The notes under the pieces are model-generated. The model saw only the letters and a list, made by a program, of their open reading frames with translations. It was not told the DNA's origin and did not search any database. Made by a program: the position numbers and the translations under genes. Below are positions 1 to 6,762 of a stretch of 30,399 nucleotides of DNA, piece by piece; the stretch's first letter is position 1; the number at the start of each line of letters is the position of its first letter. This DNA comes from a virus (taxonomy: Duplodnaviria; Caudoviricetes): IMG/VR virus record IMGVR_UViG_3300043432_000040, positions 1-30,399 of that record. One strand, 5' to 3'.

Positions 1-43
1 ACTTGGCGCCGTCGTCGTAAATCATTTCGTGGAGTTTGATCAT
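1..43 (-). CDS. 5' end of first leftward-operon gene (MIKLHEMIYDDGAK...), truncated by window edge
   Basis: On the minus strand, GAGGT-GACCC-ATG at 43, downstream of a leftward promoter. The frame is open to the window edge. Confidence 0.6.
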   Translation of the reverse strand, partial: MIKLHEMIYDDGAK

Positions 44-71
44 GGGTCACCTCGCAGTTGGTATGAGGTGA

Positions 72-100
72 ATATTAGTAGCACTGATCTATAAAGTCAA
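72..100 (-). promoter_or_regulatory. Leftward sigma70 promoter (pL-like)
   Basis: Minus strand TTGACT (100-95), 17-bp spacer, TAATAT (77-72). Confidence 0.75.
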
Positions 101-161
101 TAAGTGTTCCTGATATTTTTTCAATAAATTTTGCTTGCGTTAGAATATCAGTTGGACTAAT
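74..161. promoter_or_regulatory. Three palindromic operators, ATHAG-N5-CTRAT
   Basis: ATTAG-TAGCA-CTGAT (74-88), ATAAG-TGTTC-CTGAT (100-114) and ATCAG-TTGGA-CTAAT (147-161). They overlap both promoters and lie next to cro. Confidence 0.8.
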
Positions 162-163
162 CT
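135..163 (+). promoter_or_regulatory. Rightward sigma70 promoter (pR-like)
   Basis: TTGCGT (135-140), 17-bp spacer, TAATCT (158-163), directly upstream of cro. Confidence 0.7.
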
Positions 164-170
164 CCTAAAC

Positions 171-380
171 ATGGAAAACACAGTCACACTCCAAGAGTTC
201 GTCACAACCCACAAACAGAGGGCAGCCGCTGCGCTTCTTGGCGTCACGCAGGGCGCCGTCAGTCAAATGCTGAATAGCGATCGAGAAATTTACATTGAGT
301 ACCTGTCTGATGGGACTTGTCGCGCCTACGAGCAAAAACCTGTTGGCCGATCTCGCCCGGGGGCCTCATGCAAATCGTGA
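171..380 (+). CDS. cro: Lambda-type Cro repressor
   Basis: TLQEF...QRAAAALLGVTQGAVSQML HTH followed by REIYIEYLSDGTCRAYEQKP. This matches the lambda Cro pattern (TLKDY..[39 protein letters not shown]). Confidence 0.9.
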   Translation: MENTVTLQEFVTTHKQRAAAALLGVTQGAVSQMLNSDREIYIEYLSDGTCRAYEQKPVGRSRPGASCKS

Positions 381-472
381 AAAGCGATGCCATGCTGCTG
401 GAAGTTGCGGCGCGGCTTGCAAAAGCGCTGATCTCGCCCAGGGATGAGCATACGAGCGCCGCGCGCGGGTAA
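368..472 (+). CDS. Possible 34-aa ORF (MQIVKSDAMLLEVAARLAKALISPRDEHTSAARG)
   Basis: Overlaps the cro 3' end and is preceded by GGGGG. No recognisable homology. Confidence 0.3.
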   Translation: MQIVKSDAMLLEVAARLAKALISPRDEHTSAARG

Positions 473-644
473 CAGCGGCATTTATTCTCGCTACTGGGGA
501 TGCCCGGTGGCGGAATCGTGAGAAAGACACGTAAAAACGATAGGCAGGTTGGTAGCCTAGGGCAATGCATAGGTCATCCCAAAATACCCGACTCCCGCCA
601 GCGAGCATGAGGCTGGTAGAGCTGAGCGCCTCTTAAAACCGCTC

Positions 645-735
645 ATTATTTTAAGAGACGGCTCTCCGCATCGGCATTAGAAAAGCCAACAAAGCGGCGT
701 AGGCATCACCCATTAGAGCCGTCTCTTAAAATAAT
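645..735 (+). repeat. Perfect 21-bp inverted repeat (long RNA stem, RNase III-site-like)
   Basis: ATTATTTTAAGAGACGGCTCT (645-665) pairs with AGAGCCGTCTCTTAAAATAAT (715-735). Confidence 0.85.
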
Positions 736-749
736 CATCGGAGGGAAGC

Positions 750-974
750 ATGGATAATCAGCACAGAAAAATCAGCGGGTATCGCGAGCTAAATGAGCGC
801 GAGATTGAAGAGATAAACCGGGCTAAATATTTAGGCTCAAGCATCGGCGCAATGATCGATAAATTGAAAGGAGATCAGAATATTGATCAGCGATGGCTTT
901 CGATCGCGCAAACCGATTTACAGAAAGGATTAATGGCACTCGTTCGATCGATTGCGAAACCTGATTTTTTTTGA
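750..974 (+). CDS. acb2: Acb2-family anti-CBASS cyclic-oligonucleotide sponge
   Basis: MDNQHRKISGYREL...N..K...RWLSIAQTDLQKGLMALVRSIAKPDFF closely follows Pseudomonas phage Acb2 (MDNQHKKIKGYRDL...[27 protein letters not shown]). Y11 and K26 are in register. RBS is GGAGG. Confidence 0.88.
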   Translation: MDNQHRKISGYRELNEREIEEINRAKYLGSSIGAMIDKLKGDQNIDQRWLSIAQTDLQKGLMALVRSIAKPDFF

Positions 975-1003
975 ACTGTTGAGTAATCCTCAATAGTTGA
1001 TTT

Positions 1004-1079
1004 GCTGGGATAGCTCAGACGGTAGAGCACCTGATTTGTACTCAGGTTGTCGCGGGTTCGAGGCCTGCTCTCAGCTCCA
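1004..1079 (+). tRNA. tRNA-Thr(UGU)
   Basis: Full cloverleaf: acceptor GCTGGGA/TCTCAGC, D arm GCTC-AGACGGTA-GAGC, anticodon arm CCTGA-TT TGT AC-TCAGG, T arm GCGGG-TTCGAGG-CCTGC, encoded CCA. Confidence 0.93.
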
Positions 1080-1123
1080 AATTTAAGACCATTTTGTTGA
1101 CGGTAACGAAATGGTTAGAGATC

Positions 1124-1203
1124 TGCCCGGCGGCACCCACTGCCTGTTTCCCGCCGTGACCCCGCAAGGGCGAAATCGGGTTCGATTCCCGAACCGGGCA
1201 CCT
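1124..1203 (+). pseudogene. tRNA-like element (class II 3' half intact, D and anticodon arms non-canonical)
   Basis: TGCCCGG/CCGGGCA stem, variable arm CCC-GCAA-GGG, T arm TCGGG-TTCGATT-CCCGA. Ends CCT rather than CCA. Confidence 0.65.
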
Positions 1204-1221
1204 AATTCAGCGAGGGATGTG

Positions 1222-1365
1222 ATGCTCTACTGGTTGATCGAAAAAGTTGGGATCGTAATATTTTTTTGCGAATCAACGCAGGATCAGTCGGTGTGCGGAA
1301 AATTCTACAAAACAAGGAATTTGTGCCGCATCAATAAACGAAAACTCCCGTGGTCGTTTCCCTGA
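1222..1365 (+). CDS. Hypothetical small protein (47 aa)
   Basis: GAGG RBS before the ATG at 1222. This is the 3' part of the 1111..1365 ORF, whose 5' part overlaps the tRNA-like element. Confidence 0.35.
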   Translation: MLYWLIEKVGIVIFFCESTQDQSVCGKFYKTRNLCRINKRKLPWSFP

Positions 1366-1460
1366 GTAGCAGGAAGCTGCGGAGCGAGTACCGAGAGCAA
1401 GCAACATAATCCGGCCGGGCGGCACACCCGGCCAAACTGAGTAGAGATACAGGCGCTGAA

Positions 1461-2165
1461 ATGCACTACTACAAGCGGAATATCGGGGACTACCACAAGA
1501 AGGCCGGAAGGCTCTCGATATTAGAGCACGGAGCGTACACGCTTCTGCTTGACGCGTGTTATGACCGTGAGCGCTTCCCAACTTTGGATGATGCAATCGA
1601 CTGGTGTTGGGCGAGATCAGACGCAGAAATCGCTGCCGTGAAGTTTGTCCTTTCGAAATTTTTTGATCTGATCGACGGAAAATACGTCCAGCACAGAATT
1701 CAAGAGGAAATCGATAATTACCACGAAAAAGCAGAAAAAAACAAACAGATAGCGCTTGATCGCGAAGAAGCGAAACGTGCGGCCATAGCACGAAACGTGC
1801 ACGACAAAGCACGAAACGTGCACGAACGAGCACCTAACCAAGAACCAAGAACCACTAACCAAGAACCACTAACCAAGAACCAAGAACCAAAAGAAAAAAA
1901 GAAATCCCGCGCTACCGCGCTACCCGCCGGTTTTGAAATCACGCCAGACATGCGAGCGTGGGCAGCCGAAAAACGGCTGTTAATCGATATCGATTACGCG
2001 ACCGAGAAGTGGAAAAACGCGATGGTTGCGAAGGAAACAAAATATTCTGACTGGACCAGGGCATGGTACAACGGGATGCTTAACGCCCAAGAGTGGCAGA
2101 GCGAAAACCCGAAAGTAACCCCCTTGCAGCCTGTCAGAACTCGAAAAGAGATGCCCTTGCCATGA
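1461..2165 (+). CDS. Phage replication initiator, YdaU/DUF1376 family
   Basis: N-terminus MHYYKRNIGDY..KAGRLSILEHGAYTLLLDACY, an NQEP-repeat linker and C-terminal KYSDW..W. Translationally coupled to dnaB. Confidence 0.85.
   Translation: MHYYKRNIGDYHKKAGRLSILEHGAYTLLLDACYDRERFPTLDDAIDWCWARSDAEIAAVKFVLSKFFDLIDGKYVQHRIQEEIDNYHEKAEKNKQIALDREEAKRAAIARNVHDKARNVHERAPNQEPRTTNQEPLTKNQEPKEKKKSRATALPAGFEITPDMRAWAAEKRLLIDIDYATEKWKNAMVAKETKYSDWTRAWYNGMLNAQEWQSENPKVTPLQPVRTRKEMPLP
1771..1890 (+). repeat. Probable replication origin: iterons and heptamer repeats inside the initiator gene
   Basis: CGAAACGTGC at 1771, 1791 and 1812 (20-21 bp period, palindromic GCACG-AAA-CGTGC core), then a tandem AACCAAG/AACCACT-type run at 1836-1890 and an A-tract. 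This is a lambda O-like arrangement. Confidence 0.75.
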
Positions 2166-3442
2166 CTACCGAATCGGAATATTACGTTCTAGGCGCAGCG
2201 CTACGAGACCCGTCGGCACTCGCTGAAATCGATTTACTCCCGCTGGAATTTTCCACACAACAAAACGCGATGATTTACGCAGAAATGCTTTCGATCGCGA
2301 GATCTGGGTTAATTCCAGACCTAACGACCGTCGCGCTGAATCTGCAAAAACAAACGGCTGATAACTGGTTTCCACTGGTTGCGCAAATTCAGAATAATTC
2401 ATACTCACAAAAAAACATACGCCAGCACGCAAACAAAATTCGGTTTGATTATCGCAAGCGCCAAGCAATATCGATTTACTACGAAGCAATCGAGAAATTA
2501 AAAAGCGAGGATTCTTTAGATTCGATAGATCAGGCTGTCGCGGATCTCATGGCAGTCAATCAACTTTCTGAAAATTACGAACATACGTTCAAGAAATGCG
2601 TAGAAGGTGCGCGAGATATTATCGAGCGAAACTTTAAGAACAAAGGATTGAGCGGAATCACGTCAGGCCTGAAAGATATTGACGAGCGAATTGGCGGATT
2701 TCAAAACACCGACCTATACGTTATCGCAGCTCGGCCAGCAATGGGAAAAACAGCGTTAGCGTTGAACTGCATGCTATGCGGAAACGTTCCAACCGCATTC
2801 ATTTCGAGCGAGCAGGGGCACGACCAGATTGGCTTGCGCGCAATATCGATAAACAATTCTGTAAATGCGCAGCGGTTGCGAATACCGGAAAAAATGACTG
2901 ACGCGGACTGGGACAAAACAACGAGTGCAGTAATTAATCTTAAAGACCGCGAAATATACGTATACGATAACCCTGTGGTTACTCTCACCCACATTCAGCG
3001 GCTTGCTCGAAAATGGGCGTACCAGTACAAAATTAAAATCCTGTATGTCGATTACATTCAGCGCATTCGCGGCAACCCGAAATTACAAAAACACGAACAG
3101 GTTAACGAGATAGTTTCGGGGTTAAAAAACATTGCCAGGGAGTTAAATATTCCAGTGGTGGCGTTATCACAGGTAAGTCGTGGCGTTGATTCGAGAAATG
3201 ATAAAAGGCCAAATATGGGTGACATGGCGGATTCAAGCGCAATTGAAAAAGAAGCTGACGTTGTAATGACAATGTATCGCGACGAAGTTTACGACGAAAA
3301 CACCAAAGATAAAGGCGTTTTAGAAATATCAATCGAGAAAAACCGGCACGGGCCAACGGGGATGATTAAAACCGCTTGGCTTGGCGAATATATGCAGGTT
3401 AAGAATTTAGCGAGGGAGCGCGACGGATATGATCCATTCTAA
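2162..3442 (+). CDS. dnaB: Replicative DnaB-family helicase
   Basis: Walker A AARPAMGKT, plus VDYIQ, ALSQVSR, IEKEADVV and KNRHGPTG. Start placed at the ATGA overlap (2162). Confidence 0.95.
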   Translation: MTTESEYYVLGAALRDPSALAEIDLLPLEFSTQQNAMIYAEMLSIARSGLIPDLTTVALNLQKQTADNWFPLVAQIQNNSYSQKNIRQHANKIRFDYRKRQAISIYYEAIEKLKSEDSLDSIDQAVADLMAVNQLSENYEHTFKKCVEGARDIIERNFKNKGLSGITSGLKDIDERIGGFQNTDLYVIAARPAMGKTALALNCMLCGNVPTAFISSEQGHDQIGLRAISINNSVNAQRLRIPEKMTDADWDKTTSAVINLKDREIYVYDNPVVTLTHIQRLARKWAYQYKIKILYVDYIQRIRGNPKLQKHEQVNEIVSGLKNIARELNIPVVALSQVSRGVDSRNDKRPNMGDMADSSAIEKEADVVMTMYRDEVYDENTKDKGVLEISIEKNRHGPTGMIKTAWLGEYMQVKNLARERDGYDPF

Positions 3443-3608
3443 AAGAAAACTGAAGCCTTGGTATCCTGGCTACTGCGCATTCCAGGCAGACGACGAGATT
3501 CGAATTTACGCTCGCGCTCATGGCGACAGGGAAGCAATCGACCGGTGCAAAACATCGATAAAGTTCGCGGATGAAGCGATCAAGAGAATGATTCGGGGTG
3601 AGCCATGA
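3429..3608 (+). CDS. Hypothetical protein (59 aa, MIHSKRKLKPWYPG...)
   Basis: Fills the gap between dnaB and the next ORF. GGAG upstream, ATGA overlap downstream. Confidence 0.6.
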   Translation: MIHSKRKLKPWYPGYCAFQADDEIRIYARAHGDREAIDRCKTSIKFADEAIKRMIRGEP

Positions 3609-3895
3609 TCGAAAACTACCTAAACCAAGCAACCACGCAAAGCGATGAATTACGCCTCGCGAGATATTTCAACGACGCGTGCAGAAAGTCAAAGTGGATT
3701 TCCGACAACTATTTGGTGGAGTATTTGGGTCACGAAGTGAAAGATGTTCTGTGGTTATTCGTTGCCGAAAAACACAAAACTGGAAGGCGCGAAAAAATAT
3801 CGGTATCCGAAAGGGAGATGAATGATTTTTATTATTTGTCCCATGCGGCGGCAGTCGCCGTGAACAACTGGCACGTTATTTCTGGGAGGGTGTGA
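3605..3895 (+). CDS. Hypothetical protein
   Basis: Coupled ORF in the nin-like region. Confidence 0.65.
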   Translation: MIENYLNQATTQSDELRLARYFNDACRKSKWISDNYLVEYLGHEVKDVLWLFVAEKHKTGRREKISVSEREMNDFYYLSHAAAVAVNNWHVISGRV

Positions 3896-3896
3896 C

Positions 3897-4244
3897 ATGT
3901 GCGAGAGAAAGCGGTGCTCAAAGTGCGGAGTGTTTAAAGACTTGGATCAATATGTTAGGGAACCAAGCAGCACGCGAAAAGATGCGAACAAAGTTTTCAA
4001 GTTATGCTTGAGTTGTCGCATCAATAAAAAAAGCCAAATGAAATATTGCAGCTGCTGCAAGAAAATGAAAGCCAAAGCGCATTTCCTTGAGGAGCGAATT
4101 AGCTTTATCGGGAAACCGTATATCAAGGCGACCGAGTTTTGCGACGAATGCAAAGCTGCTGAGCGCGAAAAATATCACGAGCGCGTGCATCCAGATCTGA
4201 ACCGCAACTCACTAGAATTTAAAATGACAACGAGGTTATGGTGA
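3897..4244 (+). CDS. Zn-finger (four CxxC) hypothetical protein
   Basis: CSKC, CLSC, CSCC and CDEC motifs. GGAGG RBS. Confidence 0.7.
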   Translation: MCERKRCSKCGVFKDLDQYVREPSSTRKDANKVFKLCLSCRINKKSQMKYCSCCKKMKAKAHFLEERISFIGKPYIKATEFCDECKAAEREKYHERVHPDLNRNSLEFKMTTRLW

Positions 4245-4450
4245 TGGACCAGCCGAATCACGAAATTGTTGAGGATAAAGCGATCCGATCTGAACTGCAA
4301 AAAAAGGTTGATGATTATTTGCGGCGCGGAGGTCGGATAAAGGTCACGAAGCGGATCACTCGAATTTCAGATCTTTCGGAATCAGATCTTGAAACTCTGA
4401 AAAATAAACTGGAGTGGAATCGCGCAATAAAACAGATAGAGATCAAATAA
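4238..4450 (+). CDS. SutA-like RNA-polymerase-binding-domain protein (putative)
   Basis: KAIRSELQKKVDDYLRRGGRIKV resembles the SutA helix-GG-strand motif (K.KERDALAKAMEEFL.RGGKVQEI). Confidence 0.55.
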   Translation: MVMDQPNHEIVEDKAIRSELQKKVDDYLRRGGRIKVTKRITRISDLSESDLETLKNKLEWNRAIKQIEIK

Positions 4451-4474
4451 CGCGAATCACTATAGGGTGTCAAT

Positions 4475-4798
4475 ATGAGTTTAGACGTATATCTAAAAGT
4501 GGTGAAGCCGACAGAAGTATACAGTGGGAACATTACGCACAACCTCGGCAAGATGGCGGATGCGGCAGGTATATATATGTGCTTATGGAGGCCGGAGGAA
4601 TTTGGAATAAAGACAGCCGGGGAATTAATTAATCCGCTGACCACCGGGTTGAAGTTACTGCGAAAGAACCGCACTCATTACGAGCAACTCAACCCAGAAA
4701 ATGGTTGGGGTAATTACGACAACTTGGTTAGCTTTGTGGAGAGGTATTTGGCAGCATGCAAAGAGAACCCAGAAGCAACCGTCGAGGCGTGCAGATGA
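4475..4798 (+). CDS. Conserved phage hypothetical protein
   Basis: MSLDVYL..NITHNLGKMA..GIY..LWRPEE..NPENGWGNY pattern, common in phage early regions. Confidence 0.8.
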   Translation: MSLDVYLKVVKPTEVYSGNITHNLGKMADAAGIYMCLWRPEEFGIKTAGELINPLTTGLKLLRKNRTHYEQLNPENGWGNYDNLVSFVERYLAACKENPEATVEACR

Positions 4799-5004
4799 TG
4801 CCGACATTTGAAACACGCGAAGAATTGAGCGAATACCTGGAAAAACTAGAGCGACAAAAGAAAGTGATACTTGCAGTTGATCTGCTGAAAACGAAAACAC
4901 GCACACAGATATTGGAGTGGCTGAAACACAACGACAACATTGCGGCGGAAATGAAGGTAATCCTAAATGAGCAGCAAAAAAGCATTCGAGGCAAAAATAT
5001 CTAA
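4795..5004 (+). CDS. Hypothetical protein
   Basis: ATGA-coupled start at 4795 with GAGG upstream. Confidence 0.65.
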   Translation: MMPTFETREELSEYLEKLERQKKVILAVDLLKTKTRTQILEWLKHNDNIAAEMKVILNEQQKSIRGKNI

Positions 5005-5434
5005 CTGGTCAAACACGATGCGGGGCGGGCCGAGGATAACGCTAGACCTCTGTGACGATATTGACCTAGACGAACTGAAGCCGCTCCTGGGCTTGGGGTT
5101 GTACGTTTGTGTGATGCTCGATGATGAGTTACAGGAGGAGCAAAAACAAAAGTTGCCGGAATATATCGAACCGGTAAAACCAGCAGTGAAAGGGCTTCGA
5201 AAACTCTCACAAGAAGCGCACCTAATGATTCAAGAGCCGAATTTCTGGGCATGGATGAATAAAGTCTATCAAACAATCGCGAGTAATCCTGCGGATGCGG
5301 ATTATGGGTTAAAAGAAATATATGGGATCAAAAGCAAATCGGAATTAGACGACGAAAATAGGCCGCAGTTGCAACGGGATTTTTTGCAGGATCGAAACGA
5401 CTACAGGAAATGGGTTAACGGAGGGATGAAGTGA
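4967..5434 (+). CDS. Hypothetical protein
   Basis: 155-aa ORF, AAGG RBS, GTGA overlap with the next gene. Confidence 0.7.
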   Translation: MSSKKAFEAKISNWSNTMRGGPRITLDLCDDIDLDELKPLLGLGLYVCVMLDDELQEEQKQKLPEYIEPVKPAVKGLRKLSQEAHLMIQEPNFWAWMNKVYQTIASNPADADYGLKEIYGIKSKSELDDENRPQLQRDFLQDRNDYRKWVNGGMK

Positions 5435-5793
5435 CCTATCACAAGTACGGCGCAAAGAAAACAACATTCAACGGGCATCGATACGATTCGAAGTGGGAAG
5501 CGACGGTGGCGATGATGCTTCAGGCGGAAGTAGATTCTGGCGAAGCGCTTTTCGTTGATACGCAATTCAAAGTTGTGGTTCCGGTTTGTGACCCAACAGG
5601 CAGACAGGTTTTCACGGTGAGTCACAAAGTGGATTTTCGGCGGCACAACAAAGACGACACATTCACGCTGATCGAGGCGAAGGGCTTCGACACGGACGAC
5701 TGGAAGTGGCGCAGGCGATTGCTTGAGGCGATCTGGCTCCCAATGCACCCAGATCACAAGTATGAGGTTTTATACAGCAGGAGGCGCAGATAA
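5431..5793 (+). CDS. DUF1064-family PD-(D/E)XK endonuclease
   Basis: KYGAKKT..NGHRYDSKWEA, then KVDF and IEAKG. Position upstream of Q is typical for a resolvase-like nuclease. Confidence 0.8.
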   Translation: MTYHKYGAKKTTFNGHRYDSKWEATVAMMLQAEVDSGEALFVDTQFKVVVPVCDPTGRQVFTVSHKVDFRRHNKDDTFTLIEAKGFDTDDWKWRRRLLEAIWLPMHPDHKYEVLYSRRRR

Positions 5794-5885
5794 TGAGTGA
5801 CTATTTATTTTGGTGGTTGGTTTTTTCTTTGTGCGGGACGGCAGCAGCAATTCTGCTGGTCAAGGGGGGCGGTTTAGATGAGTGA
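5793..5885 (+). CDS. Small single-TM peptide (MSDYLFWWLVFSLCGTAAAILLVKGGGLDE)
   Basis: TAATG overlap, GGAGG RBS, hydrophobic core. Confidence 0.5.
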   Translation: MSDYLFWWLVFSLCGTAAAILLVKGGGLDE

Positions 5886-6123
5886 GCACTTGGCGAAGTG
5901 GTTGCTTGATTTTAAGCGATCGGTTACTGATGAGCGGTACGACCAAGTACTCTATGCGATGGCCGAACCGAGCTTTAAGGTGGAGATCAAGCACACAAAC
6001 GAGACCGGCTTTTGGGAGTGGGCGATCAAGGTGGTCGGCACTGACTTCTGGCTGGACACGAAAGACGGCGAGCGGGAGGCGCTGGATTTGTGCGAGCGGA
6101 TGGGGTGGAAAGTTGCGGAATAA
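5878..6123 (+). CDS. Hypothetical protein
   Basis: 81-aa ORF in the coupled chain. Confidence 0.65.
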   Translation: MSEHLAKWLLDFKRSVTDERYDQVLYAMAEPSFKVEIKHTNETGFWEWAIKVVGTDFWLDTKDGEREALDLCERMGWKVAE

Positions 6124-6301
6124 TTTATACCGTGATCCGGCGCTGATTATTGAGCGGTGGGATGCAGCGAAGAAGTTCGGAGAGCGGGCGCGGTGTCTGG
6201 ATTGCGCACATCGTGAGGAGTATTTCGAGCGGGTGACTTGTGGGCTCGATCTGTCTATGCCTGAGTGCAAACGCAAAGGTAAATTCACAAAGGAGCGGTG
6301 A
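6113..6301 (+). CDS. Small Cys-containing hypothetical protein
   Basis: 3' part of the 5882..6301 ORF, with a probable TTG start at 6113. Contains YRDP and CLDC..C..C. Confidence 0.5.
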   Translation: MRNNLYRDPALIIERWDAAKKFGERARCLDCAHREEYFERVTCGLDLSMPECKRKGKFTKER

Positions 6302-6657
6302 TGAGCGAGGCGATTGATGTTAACTCGATTGCAGAAACAGCGTTAGAGAACTGGGGGAGGTGGGCAGCGGCTCGGTCGATAGATCTTTCGTTTCCTCACC
6401 AGGCGACGTTTAGGCGGCTTTTAGGCTCGATTGTTCCTGAACCCACAATTACGGACGACGAGGGGCGAAGGATTGATAGAATCGTCTCAGGATTGCGTAA
6501 TGCTGACAGGGTGGCTCACCACGTAGCGGCGGCAACATGGGTATACTGCCTCAGCCTAGACGGATCAGCAAAAGCCCTACACATGACGATTTTTGACGTG
6601 CGCATGAAACGGCAGTACGTGCTTGCATGGGTTGCCAGCGCGTTCCGGGATGGCTGA
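6301..6657 (+). CDS. Q: Late antitermination protein Q
   Basis: LENWGRWA...ITDDEGRRIDRIV motif of the lambdoid Q family. It is followed by a promoter, a terminator and lysis genes. Confidence 0.8.
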   Translation: MSEAIDVNSIAETALENWGRWAAARSIDLSFPHQATFRRLLGSIVPEPTITDDEGRRIDRIVSGLRNADRVAHHVAAATWVYCLSLDGSAKALHMTIFDVRMKRQYVLAWVASAFRDG

Positions 6658-6692
6658 CTGGATCGCCATGTGAATGCGTACAGCGCAACCTC

Positions 6693-6721
6693 TTGACCGT
6701 GCGCACGAAAAGTACTATAAC
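6693..6721 (+). promoter_or_regulatory. Late promoter pR' with putative Q-binding element
   Basis: TTGACC, 17-bp spacer, TATAAC. The palindrome CGTGCGCACG lies between the -35 and -10 boxes. Confidence 0.75.
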
Positions 6722-6762
6722 CTAGGTATCGTGGGCGAGTTGTCAAAAGCCCAAAGCAAGAC

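Noticed and set aside
1128-1181. HDV-like/theta ribozyme next to the tRNA
   Set aside because: P1-, P4- and CGAA-like pieces exist, but there is no convincing P3/L3 or P1.1. The T arm and acceptor pairing explain the sequence better as tRNA-like.
2093-2161. Longer dnaB start
   Set aside because: It overlaps the initiator gene by about 70 nt. The ATGA-coupled start at 2162 is more plausible.
5882-6112. 5' part of the 139-aa ORF
   Set aside because: It overlaps the 5878..6123 gene in another frame and is R/W/S-rich, as expected for an off-frame reading.
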